Shown here: positions 52,471 to 64,000 of the stretch, one piece after another
How positions within the stretch are numbered: position 1 is the stretch's first letter
Layout of the letters: each line of letters starts with the position of its first letter
Assembly (NCBI GenBank): GCA_002633005.1
Contig: NMRA01000004.1
Coordinates: 2,273,935-2,337,934, forward strand
Length of the DNA: 64,000 bases
From: Phoronis australis
Lineage: Eukaryota > Animalia > Phoronida
Direction of reading: 5' to 3'
The notes under the pieces: model-generated
Told to the model about the DNA's origin: nothing
Databases searched by the model: none
What the model saw: the letters and a program-made list of their open reading frames with translations, nothing else
Position numbers and translations under genes: made by a program

Positions 52471-55400
52471 TTGCTAGACATCTCATGATGTCCGGAAGCA
52501 TGGGCCAAGCAAGTCACCAGCCAAATGATAAACATTACCAGAAGAAAGCGTAATTTATTCAGCCATTGTCCATCGTTGAACAGACGCCAATTTTCGTATA
52601 GAGGACAATCACTGACCATTTCATGAAAACTGGTAAATTATGGTGTCTTGCTCTATCAGTACAAGCAAGTTAGCAAAACTGAATGAAAACATGTTCTTTA
52701 TCAAACAATTCCGAGTGCACATGTAAAGATGACCGCGAACTGGACATTAATGTTTGTTTCTTTTGTTCAACGGTAAGAATGTGTTTCATGAACACGCCCA
52801 AGATCATTAAAGCAAAGCTAAAAACGAATTTCAAAACCTTTTGATGAGTAAACGTGTGTTAAATTCAGTAACTGGTAAGCTTTCTTATACCGCAATGACA
52901 ACGACTACATCAAGAGGTACCACCAAACATATGTTGCCCGGAAATAGATGAGACACATGGTGAAGAGTTTGTTCCAAATAGTTATATTCAACTGATACAG
53001 ATGGATACCTAACGGAAATCTAAAAACACTTGACCAGAAGAAATTTTGTAACACCAAGCCTTAAAAAGAGGACGTGATTGTTCCAGACTTTTTATCATAA
53101 AAATTGGGCTCTCTAATACAAGAATATATGTCGAGAGAATGTTTCAGGTCAAAGCCTCGTGCGCATACAGTACGAAAACAATGTATGTACAGTTTAGATA
53201 CAATTGAGACGCCTATGCATAGCTGTTACTGTTTTAAAAGTTATGACGTTAAGGAGGGGTGGGATGCGATAAACAGACTAAATTACAATATTAACAGTGG
53301 TTCTATGCCACTGAAACAAAACTCAATCTTCTCACTAAGTACTTTTAGGGTTTGTTCGTAGAGATTTTTTATTTTCTGTTGATAACAAAGCATTTTCATT
53401 TAGTTTCAAATTTCCCAAAAAAAACCCTGCTCGCTACTTCATGTATTTTTCTCCCACAAGGCAAAACAAAACACGTCTCCTTATTTGGTATTTCAAAACA
53501 TGGACGTAGCGCTTTTTCTTGATACGGAACGTATAACCTTTGATTCCAAACGACATCAAGCAACTGCGCGCATTCATCATAAGCGGGAGGAAGGTTAGAA
53601 ACTTTGTGGTAACCACAATTTGTTCCTTCGCGTGTATTTAACAAATCGTGAATTTTTTCTGGAATTTTTTTCACAGGATAAAGTGAGTTGCTATCTACTA
53701 GACGTTGCATGATGGTACATTCGCCAGGATTTGCTTAAAAGATAATTTCGATGAATTTTCAAGTTCCATGTCTCATTAAAAGCATGGGCGATTTGAGTGA
53801 TGATACATGCATTTAATTTACAATCTATTATCGAGATGAACGATATATGCCTGCAAATCAGTTAAAATCTTCATAGTTAATATGTCGAACAATTAAGCAG
53901 ATATGACAAATTATGATAACCAACTATAATAATAATGTGTGGATACCTTTTTATTTCCAATAGCAAATCAAATTAAATCCTGAATGAGATTGACCGACAA
54001 CTTGTGCTTGATTAGTGCTTTTATGTTTGTTTAATGCCTGTCTGTCTGTCGTGTCGTCTCTCTCGTAGCATCATTCATACAACTGCGCAGTGTATTTCCC
54101 ACATATTAAACAGAACTACTAACTAACAAATTCGCTCTCCGTATACCATTCGAGTCACAAAGTAAATCCTAGGTGTTAACCCTACTTCAGAAAGCAGATA
54201 TAAATTAGGAAGGGGTTTTGCGTTCTTTTAATATCATAATGCTTTTTAATGGTATCTGCAAAATTAAATGAACATGATATGTTGATGTACTTAACAACAA
54301 GGCATCCGATAATCGATTGGCAACTAGTGACTATGAAATCACTCTGTCAGAGCAAGGAGAACGAATATGTCATCGGCTGATGTGTCACCTTCCATCCTAA
54401 TACACGTGCAACAGTGGGACGTTCATTAATAAAATATAATACCAAATATAGTGCCTCGTCAGAGGTACAAAAACATAACTGATTCTATATTAAGAAAATC
54501 AGATACATAAAGGGGGCGACAATTCGTCTCATTACTTTGTATCGATATTGAATCTCGTTCTGGAGGGCGGCAATTTAAGTGAGAGTTCACGACATAAATT
54601 GTCCACCAGAGACAATTAATGCCAATGGCGGCAATTTATATTGCAGCACTCGCACATCTCAGGTTAAAGGTGCCTGTGCCTTCTGAAAGCGTACATGTAA
54701 TTCCTCCGTCAGTCACTGCCTGCAATTTTGAATAGACGTCACTGACCGTTAAACTCGTATTTACGTTTACGGTCCTGCTCTACACAACTCGAAGTGTCTT
54801 TATGGGATCCAATCGGTAGACATGCAATGTCTCAAGTAAAAGAACACAACAGACTTACGTTTAAACACAGCCATCGTATCACCTACCCTCTTGTTAGGTG
54901 GCACAGCGAGGGAGTGTAACTTTAATTAGCGTTTTAGAAAAAGCGGACTACTGCTTTGGCGCCACTGCATTTGGCTTTGTCAAAAACTCTTCGATCGATG
55001 TTTGGTTCTTTCACGGAATAACTGAAAACACAAGTCACGCACGTCTTCCAAACTTTCAAAGTACAGTGTACATATAAGCTATTATAATAAGTCTTTGATT
55101 TTAAATGTTAATACGTTATGTTTTCGTGTATGTCATTTTAACCTCATGCCTTACTATCCAAGCATTTAAAACGTCAACGACCATGTAATAAACAACTCGG
55201 TTATGCAGTGGGTGATATGGGAATTCAACAATAACATCCAGGTTTCTCTTAAAATAACTACTTAATGATAAGAAAGGTGTCGTTTCATAAAATATTATAA
55301 CATTAATATTGTTGGGGGTTTTGACGTGAAGCCCCCTTTACTATCGTCGTATCTGTCTGTCGGCGGCCTGCTAGGAATGAAATTACAAGTTAAATCTGAA

Positions 55401-55536
55401 ATCTAGTTGGCACAGGACTGCATTTGATATACTACACCCACGTGGACAGTCATGTGATCGAAAGTACAATCGTCACATGATTGAACAGCAGAGGTATTTT
55501 GGTTATCATTTTTGTCTCAGCATCTGCCCCGGCACC

Positions 55537-55582
55537 ATGATTACATTCACTCTTCTAGTTTGCGCTTCCCTTTTCGCTGTTG
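55537..55582 (+). CDS. Gene 3 exon 1 (signal peptide)
   Basis: ATG...GTT G|gtaagt. Confidence 0.8.
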
Positions 55583-58500
55583 GTAAGTTTTTTCCTGCTT
55601 GCGTTCAGTGCAATGAACTATCGTTTGATTTCAAGCTCTTGATGTTCTATATTGTGTTTTTTATTTTTTTTTTTGAGTTTTTGTGGGCAAAAACTGATAC
55701 CGTTACGCGAATAGTTTAAATTTAGATTTCTCTTGTATCTACAGATTTATTGTTGCCGTTTAGAAAACGTGACACACATATGCAATTTAATGGTTATCGG
55801 TGCAAGCCTTAGTAGTCATATATGAGCTTCTTGTGACTTTTGATACTTTAGCTAGCACATCCTTCTTGTCATTTTTTTCTCTGCGATGTTTCACTTGCCC
55901 CTTGCCCCCTCCTTCCCTTACCTAGATCAAGGCTTTCGAAAATTGGTTAGCGTAATCGTTCTATAATTAATAATTGCTTTAGGTTCATCGCAGAAAGTTT
56001 TGCCAGTTGGGACCATCTACACCACACCAGATGTCCAGAGATTTGCACCAAAAGCACAGCATGTATTTGTTGCCAGCACGTGCGGCAACTTCAATGGTTT
56101 TGATGTCAGTGTGGGAATAATGCTGTTCCACAACCCAGACTGGAGGATTAGCCAGGGTGTGGTCAGGTTCTACGTAACCGACTTTGAACCATCTTCAGGG
56201 ATGGTATGTTCGATTGAATTTCGCGGATCAAAACTTCTTGTGTCAGGTATTTTAGGTGTAATTACAACAGGTTGTGCCAAAATCTTATGGAAAACACATC
56301 ACTCGAATGTTACTGAGTACAATACATTAGCGCTGTAACATCGGAATTGAACAGCTTATAGCAGAAGACAAAAATACCTTCTGGAATATTGCCAGTGTTT
56401 CGGTTTCATACATTGACGGATGAGTTATTTATATAACCGCCACTACCAATAACACACAGTGTGACTCATGGATTATGGATTGTTACATATTCCTTTGCCA
56501 TAGTTGGTTTTGGCTTCGTTGCAAATTTTACAAGCTACATGTGCATGTCATATGACATTTGATTTTTTTTTGTTGGGACGGTTGGTAGTTCCCGATCTTG
56601 ATCATTTGTGTACACTGAGTTTCAGTTTCATAACCATTCGCATGCAATAACGTGTCCTTTGGTTTGGACTCGAGCGGACTTATTGTCTTCACCGATTTTT
56701 CCCGTCCCTATGCATGTTTCGTCTTCCAGTCTGGGTCTATGGTTTAATCATTGTACTCGAAATCGAACTTGACATGTTGTTTCCTACTTTTGTTTATTTA
56801 GTGATCGAGGTACTTATGCCATCGATTCCATATACCATTCTTCAAGTCGTATGCCACATGTGTAAACGGTAAATGATAATATTAACGTTTAAAATATACT
56901 TACGCTTATACCCACAGATAATGTACATGTGGCTATACGCATATGCATATGTATATGTTGTTCCTGTCCCNCACCCCCTCGGCCCCCGTAATGCGCCAGT
57001 AATGATCACTCATCGGCGCAAACCGTGATTCAATCTAAGCAGAATAATGGACACTTATCTTGAGCTCGCACAAATGTAGAATGGAAAAGTCAAAAATAAT
57101 TTTGAGTTCCATTTCGAATACAAAGGACCATGGTTTTGCATGCAAAAACGCCAGAACCCAGTTATTTTACTCCTTTACTTTACACCTTGAGTGTTATGAC
57201 TATTTGGGCGAAATCGGTGGGATAGATAGCCAAATCAAGTCAATTAAAATAACAGTTCGATTAATGTTTTCACTTTAGGCCATTCCAGCATCATCGATTT
57301 TATGCAAGAATGAGGCATTCCCCGGCGCCCAGCCTGAACCTAACTGCACAGCCACTAACTGGGACGGAACCAAAAAGAAATTGTATGTAGTCACTACAAA
57401 CGGAAATGTCGGAGGTATCGACTTCTCGGTTCTCGTGGAGTTCAAAGACTCCAAGCAAAATGTAAGTCATTTACAAGTCGCTGCACAAACAAGTAATGTC
57501 GGGACAAGACGTACGTGTACATGTAGATACATAAGTAGTTTGCGCGCTTGGATGGGCACGAGCGTCAGTTCAAAAAAGTTGCTGTTTCCTGGAAAGACTG
57601 AACCCACAGAATTAATGTGGATTCCATTAGGTCAGGTGGCACCGTAATCGAACTTCAGTGTTATCTCTAAGCTATTTCAGTAAATTATAATACACGATCT
57701 CTGAGGAAACACGCCCTCATTACCTATTTAATTGTGTTGTCATGAATAGGCATTGTTAGCAGAAGGTTAGAGGTTCAAGTCCTGGTCGAGGCAAAAATCA
57801 TTTCAAATTTATCTTTAGGTCACGTGATTTTCCAGCATAGTGCGGGTATTAGACATATAATTCACATTTTACTCTTCATTTGTCATGTTCTAAGAACTGA
57901 ATATGTAAAATTAATCTTCGAGGGGTTGTCGAATATACACACGTTTTTTAGACTGTAACGCCTCAAGCTAATTTATAAACCGTTTAGATTAATTAAATTC
58001 TGCCATGGCGTCGTCCTTTTATCTGATTTAATCCAAGGACGAGGATGCTAGTATAACAAAGTGAAAGTTGCTGTTTAAGAAGATAACTTCTCTCTGGTTG
58101 GTCAAATGGTATGTATGTACATTTGTCAGTACATTTGTTGGTTTCTTTATCTGAAGGTACTCACGTACAGTAAAGGATTCATACCGCCGTCTGGATTTGT
58201 TCAAGAAGTAGTATACGCGAACACCGCTCCAACCTATCTCGCTCAGACTGTAAAGACGGAGGGCACTTTTTCGCTCTTATACCAGGAGAACTTGCTTCTG
58301 GAGTTTGCATTCTGTCCCGACGAAGGCACCACAAAACATTACGAAATAATCAGCACGGTGAATTTGTTATAAACCTCACTCTTTTCGTGTCAGTAAATCG
58401 AATTGACTATCGCAAGATTTGTACTAGAAAATAGCTTACTATAATCAAATCAGATAAGAATCGCTTATATATTAATGCGATTAAATTTTTCATCTATTTT

Positions 58501-59643
58501 AACGACGCAGTCGATAGCAGTATAATCTTCTTATTCTAACAATTATTCAAACGCATTCCATAATGCGCTTATTAAAGAGTTCATTGCTTTACCATGGGCG
58601 TCGCACCATAGGGGGCTGGGGGGCTATAGCTCCCACTTTTTTCAGTGCTGCGCCGCCCATGTTTACTGTACCATAGATAAACACGTTGTCTCAAGGAGAA
58701 CATGCATTTCAACTTGGTCAATGATGAACATAACTGTACCCTTTACAATTTCATAAGGTTAAGTACTAATCTCTCCTTTGCATGGGTGCAACAAGAGACA
58801 TAGTCGTCCCGCTGTATTATCAGACAATGACAATATTAAGCCGGTCCTAAATCGAACTCTCTTCTGCAGTAGAGGGAGTAATATAAATTGCGTGACTAAC
58901 AGTTTTTCAAAACGCTAGGTACTCCTTAGTTTCCTAATTTATTGGCGACGGTGTTATGACTGAAAATGCAATATCATTATAGGGACAAATAAGTTCCTCA
59001 GCATTACAATGATAAATTTTCATATATGCGCGTATGTATGTATGTATGTATGTATGTATGTATGTATGTATGTATGTATGTATGTATGTATGTATGCACG
59101 TTTGTATGCATATGTATATGCATATGTTTATGTCTATGTCTATGTGTGTATACATGTATAAGTACAAAGTGTATACAAGTATATATTTATATTTAAAATT
59201 ATATTTGCTTCTAAAGAAGCTGGACAAGTGGTTGACACGTGTTGCATCCTGGGGAAATACCTTAGAATGGGAGTGGTAATGTGTTATTTTGGCACATGCC
59301 TATAGTACATCATGAGAAATACCATTGTTTATTCCCAGTTACATGTATGCAATAAATTCTTATTCTATGCTGATGGCGCCATCTGTTTCAGATTTTTGGC
59401 ACCGGAATTCACAGCGCATTCAACCAGTACCTCTGCAAGACATTGCCTTGTAATCCCGACAGCCCCAACGTAATCAACTCCAATCCAAACGAGGTCGCCC
59501 TGAACACAGCCGCCATGGTGACCACTATTGGTGACATCTCAAAGGTTTACGTCAGTGTCTACGGCTGGGGAGGCGACTACGAAACAACCTCACGAAGCTT
59601 CCGTGGACACTTCCAGTATGGTGCCTCACTTAACAGGATATAG
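55537..59643 (+). CDS. Secreted uncharacterised protein, 300 aa, 5 exons
   Basis: join 55537-55582, 55983-56203, 57279-57461, 58157-58357, 59392-59643 (903 nt; phases 1,0,0,0); Kozak-like caccATG; signal peptide MITFTLLVCASLFAVGSS; AATAAA at 59778. Confidence 0.85.
55983..56203 (+). CDS. Gene 3 exon 2
   Basis: tttag|GT TCA...GGG ATG|gtatgt. Confidence 0.85.
57279..57461 (+). CDS. Gene 3 exon 3
   Basis: ctttag|GCC ATT...CAA AAT|gtaagt. Confidence 0.85.
58157..58357 (+). CDS. Gene 3 exon 4
   Basis: ctgaag|GTA CTC...AGC ACG|gtgaat. Confidence 0.8.
58593..58661. mobile_element. 69-bp minimal MITE with 13-bp TIR and 5-bp TSD
   Basis: TTTAC|CATGGGCGTCGCA...TGCGCCGCCCATG|TTTAC. Confidence 0.8.
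59032..59096. repeat. (TATG)n microsatellite
   Basis: Direct observation; decays into TA/TG-rich low-complexity sequence. Confidence 0.95.
59392..59643 (+). CDS. Gene 3 exon 5 (terminal)
   Basis: tttcag|ATT TTT...VYVSVYGWGG...LNRI*. Confidence 0.85.
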   Translation: MFGTGIHSAFNQYLCKTLPCNPDSPNVINSNPNEVALNTAAMVTTIGDISKVYVSVYGWGGDYETTSRSFRGHFQYGASLNRI

Positions 59644-60351
59644 AAAATGAGAGAGCGTGTGGGTTCATACTGAAGGAAATTCAAAATTCCAGTTACCCCC
59701 TGTCGCTTAGTGGTGTTAGACATATATTGTTAAGTTTACATAGCTGCTTGATTATGACTGTGAGTGGCGTACATCATAATAAACCATAATCATCCAATAG
59801 AGATGACTCACTGTTGTCGATCTAATTCAAGGGAAACTTCAGCGTAAGTGTCACTGTTGACATAATTCTGATCTAAGATATGTACAGCAGACAACCGGGG
59901 GTGCGATACAAGGTGACAATGTCTCTGCCTTGTCGATTCAAATCATGTAAAACTTCACTGAATGACTGTAGACATATTTTCTTGAGTATCGGACATTTAA
60001 CATGATAATGTGTAAAATGGAAATCAAGGATGCTACTCAGTGTTCAATTCAATTTGATTCAATTAGCTTAAACTATCCAGGCACGTAAACTGGTCAACAT
60101 GGAGAAGATGTCATCAGACACGCATTTACGCTGAACCATGAAATAGCTGTGACTTGAAGAAATTATTAAGTGCGGTATCGTTTAATCAGATCTCCTTCAT
60201 GACCAATGGTTTGTGTCAGTAAGCACGACAACAGGAAAACAACAAATGGATTCGAAAGTCAATTTTATTGCCAAACAACCAAGTTGTCACGAGAGTAAAA
60301 CTGTAAGTACGAAGTGATGCTGGCTAAAGAGTGCACTTTACAATTGGCGTG

Positions 60352-63300
60352 TTATCCGTAGAGGTCCCCTGATTGTCCTGGACTGGCGAACGTTCCTAAA
60401 ACAAAATATGCGACTGAGCAAAGCTTCCTTACCTGCAGTAACACTTGAATATCATGGAATGTTAATACATATTTTGTAGTGTGCCGGCGACGAATAATGT
60501 CGACACCAGTGTGAACATATGAAGTTTGAGTTTTACAAGGCGTAGGCCTGTACTGGGAAAAACGTATATTACCATAAGTTCAACCACGTCTACTGTATTG
60601 CAAAAACTTCAATGTCAGAAAAGGGTCAGTTCTAAGGAACCAAACGGTGACAGTTTCCTCAAGCCAGGACTTAGTCAACGTTCATGATCATTAGAATTCA
60701 CGTGGAAACGAGCTTTTAAATGCATTGTATGTTAGCAGGCCCGTAGGAAGGCAAAATTATTGGGGGGGGGGGGGCACAAACCATTTCGACGACGCCAAAT
60801 AACTCCCCCATAGCCACCACCTCCGGGAAAAGGATAGTGTGTCCCAAATATGTACACACTTCCTGAACGCTTGCAGTTCAAATTCAATCCTTGTGGTTAT
60901 CACTGAAAGTTTGCACGGCCTACTCCAAGGTTACATCTTATTTTTAACGTGGATACGTCAGTCAGGAAAAGCAATCAATTCAGTTTTGAAGAAAAAAATT
61001 ACTCAATACTGCAGGAAACTAAAAACACCAAGGAACTGGGAAGGCAACCTTTCCAAGAAATGAGTTGAAATTTATTTATTTAAGGATTTTTAAAACGTCT
61101 TTTTCTATCTACGGTTTGTGTGTACGAATTTCATCAATGTCTTTGAAAGTTATTTTAGATAAGCAAAAATCGTCTAAGTGTACTTACTATTTGGGGATCG
61201 GATTATAGAGTTTTTCCAACTTCAGGCAGCAATTAAATTCACTGAATTATCATCAATTCTTATAAGATTAGCTTCTAATTGTCAAAAATCATCTATGAAT
61301 CTATCGATATTCGTAAATACATAAACAAGTAAATCAGAAACCAACGAATTTGTTTATCAAACAGGAATGCTCTGCGCAATTTCCGCATGTATGCTCGAAG
61401 ACTTTTGACGGGTAACCGGAGGAATATGGGAGATGAGGTATTCGTACATGTATTAAGTTGTGTTTTCAGAGGTACCTATAACGGTTCATGATGTAAACTT
61501 GAACTCCACTGACAAAAAACGTTAAAATCTTTGTTTATGAATGCGAGAGTTCCTTGAGTACCCCTTTTCCACATGTAAACTATCATCACAAATAGTAGCC
61601 CTGACAGCAGTGTTTCCACAAGTGAGAATTCCTTACAAAAAACTCATAGTAACCATAGTCCATTGGTATACTATTCTTGTGATACTACCGGAACGGAAAC
61701 AGTAACATTATTTTATAACCAACCATCTGAAATAGTCCCTTTGTGTTTTTCATAAGTAGTGGTCTTCACCTTCTTTAAAATTCCACCCTTTCGATGGCGG
61801 CAATCCTACTGTATTTTTTCATTTTTTGATCAGTCAAATCATCGTTTAACGCATTATTCTTAGAATCGTTTTCGTCAGTGACAAGAATTCGTATAAATCA
61901 CTAGGGCTGATGAAAAAAATGAGATCCTTTATTACACCATTCGTTAATATTAATTCTTATCAACATCTTATAATATGTCATACCATTCTTAGAAATAGTC
62001 GATATTAATCTATTTTAAAAAATCATTTGTAATCAGTTTTATCAACCATAATTGATTGTGTGCACCTGTCGTGCACGCGCAAACATAGTGCCTGAGTACA
62101 CTTGTCGTGCACGTGCAGATATACATGTATATAGAGGGACAAAGGGACATTCACCCCCAACTGCTCCACCGAGAGAGGGCACCGTCTGAAATGGGACACC
62201 TTAAGATGAAAGGCTAAAAATCATTAAGCTTGGAAAAAAGTGATCGTTCATTCCACCGTCGTGTGGTCCCAAAACGAGGCAGGGAGTGAGCTCCTTCAAC
62301 ATGAAAGCACGATTTCACAAAAAAACAGGAAAATAGAGATAATCGATTACAACACTGTGCCCTCTCTCCGTGAGCGGCCCCCTAAGAAAAACACAAAAGG
62401 TGGCCACTTGAATGTCATCAATGGCCTTTTTCAAGGGCGGGGCTCCTAAATATGAAAATATGTGTACAGTATTTTCAAATATCAGGAAATTCTCAACAAT
62501 TGATGTTATCTGTCAGGTCATCAATTTTACTCAAGTGATATACAGTTTCAAAAAAAAAATAAAGCGAAAGTTGTCTAAGTTATCCCTAACCATAGAGGGC
62601 CCTCTGGAAAAATATAGTTTTGCATTCGCCGGCAAAATTGACTTATTTAATTTAATCATCCATTAAATTAGTACGCTCCGCAAAAGCTGCGCTTTACAAA
62701 TTTTCTCGATATGTGTGCGTTTAGACGACCTGTGCTGCAAAAGCGAAGACACTAACGACAGCGTCCTGGTAAAGGTCCTCAAAGGGTAAACCATGCACCG
62801 ATGCAGATTTGTTAAATGTGCTCTTGAATTTTCTCTTTTATCCGTTTTTAGCAGTCTTTCTTTTGTCGACTGTCCCCGATACCATGCCTTTGTCGGTTTC
62901 CACGGTTTAACCTAGACGACTGAAAATTTGGGGGCCCGTGCTCCCCCGGCCCCCCACTACCTACGGCCCTGGTTAGAACAAGACCAATTTGGAACAACCA
63001 CGCAGGATTCTAAACCATCGTCTGATTTCTAACAAAGTAGTCTCAAACTAAATACAAAAGGCAGTCGTCGACGTGGTTGCTGAGGTGAAATCTAAATTAC
63101 AGTATGATAATCTGATCGGAACATTGAGTAGGCTCGTCTGGAACTAGATTAAAAACCATATTGCCGAGAACATTTTAAAAACCACATGGATTACGAAAAC
63201 TGATGTTTTGCATAATTCGAGACAATCCATAGGAGTAACTGGAAAAGTGATGCACCACTGTCTCTGTCGCTACTAATCTACTCTACTTGTTCCGATGACT

Positions 63301-63594
63301 AACACAGAAATCTTCAAGCACTTGACCTTTGTTTAAGTTAAATTAAACCTAACCAGTTTTGGTGCACTGTTTATGACTGCATCTTGCACTCGTCCGCTAC
63401 ACCTTATGCTTACCAGAACCATGATCTATCGTTAATTGTGGCCCGCTTTCTCCATTACCATCTGCATCCCCTTTTGGTCTTTGTATTAACAAGGCGGACC
63501 CTTTATTCTTGAAGCGATTTTTCTTCTTCCTTGCATCTACATCAGAAAGCACAAGCAGTGAAATCAGCAAGATTGCTAGCCACGCCCGACGCAT
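60352..63594 (-). CDS. Small secreted peptide precursor, 74 aa, 2 coding exons
   Basis: complement(join 63594-63414, 60395-60352) gives MRRAWLAILLISLLVLSDVDA-RKKKNRFKNKGSALLIQRPKGDADGNGESGPQLTIDHGSGTFASPGQSGDLYG*. There is an acceptor just before the ATG, a phase-1 donor G|gtaagc, an acceptor ttttgttttag and AATAAA at 60269-60264. Exon 2 is less certain than exon 1. Confidence 0.65.
60736..62971. mobile_element. 2.2-kb non-autonomous DNA transposon, 12-bp TIR, 5-bp TSD (hAT5-like), in the intron of gene 4
   Basis: GTTAG|CAGGCCCGTAGG + G-run ... C-run + CCTACGGCCCTG|GTTAG; no transposase ORF seen. Confidence 0.8.
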
Positions 63595-64000
63595 TCTGGA
63601 TGGGATGAATGTCGAATTCAATAACCTGCTTGGCGTCAAACGCAAAAAAGATGTGTCTGTGTTATTGTGATGCCCTTCCACATATAAGGCAGTCGGATAG
63701 GTCTTCCAGACGCCCTGGTCATCTGACAGCGTGGGCATAATTTCAGTCCAACAGCTGACGTTAAGTTGACTATTAACAAATTAAATAACACCTGGAACGT
63801 TTTCACTGCCCGCTGGTCTTCTTGGCCTGTCAAATCATCGAGTTGCATGACGTCTTTGTCAACAAAGTGGCTGATTGATCACATCCTGCAATGCATCCCA
63901 TGGGCTCCCCTTCAATGCGTCCACAGTTTCCCAAATGTGGGAAAATTTGAGCTCTTTAATTTTCTAGCAAGCTAACACTAATTTGGGCGGAAAACACACA

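Noticed and set aside
58934-59279. MYVC/HTYI repeat ORFs
   Set aside because: Translations of the (TATG)n microsatellite
63397-63738. 113-aa single-exon reading of gene 4 from the upstream ATG
   Set aside because: A splice acceptor sits immediately before the ATG at 63594 that begins a clean signal peptide, and a consensus donor at 63413 precedes the stop; the spliced model fits better

Overview
AT-rich eukaryotic (invertebrate, probably lophotrochozoan/molluscan) genomic DNA with GT-AG introns, abundant TACATGTA motifs and one assembly gap (41399-41730). By reading splice sites and phases by hand I assembled four genes, all encoding secreted or cell-surface proteins. (1) + strand 1896-22406, 26 coding exons, ~1967 aa: a mosaic type-I membrane protein with signal peptide, 2x LamG/pentraxin-like, fibrinogen C-terminal domain (FReD), 10x CCP/sushi, SUEL-type lectin, 8x CCP, TM and a short acidic tail. 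(2) - strand 30532-26400, 4 exons, ~477 aa: an IgGFc-binding (FCGBP N-terminal) domain with a TM and a VxPx-like tail. (3) + strand 55537-59643, 5 exons, 300 aa: a secreted protein of no family I recognise, with an apparent internal duplication. (4) - strand 63594-60352, 2 exons, 74 aa: a small secreted basic/Gly-rich peptide ending in LYG. The intergenic middle holds a nested transposon fossil: a Kolobok-like element (THAP plus P2X7-ballast-like KolX remnant) interrupted by an ISL2EU-like THAP element, which itself carries a HIRAN fragment. Also present are an RTE LINE fragment, three non-autonomous elements with 5-bp nnTAn TSDs, tRNA-derived repeats and a self-palindromic 50-bp tandem repeat. 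No CRISPR, rRNA or intact tRNA is supported. Family assignments come from motif recognition, not database searches.
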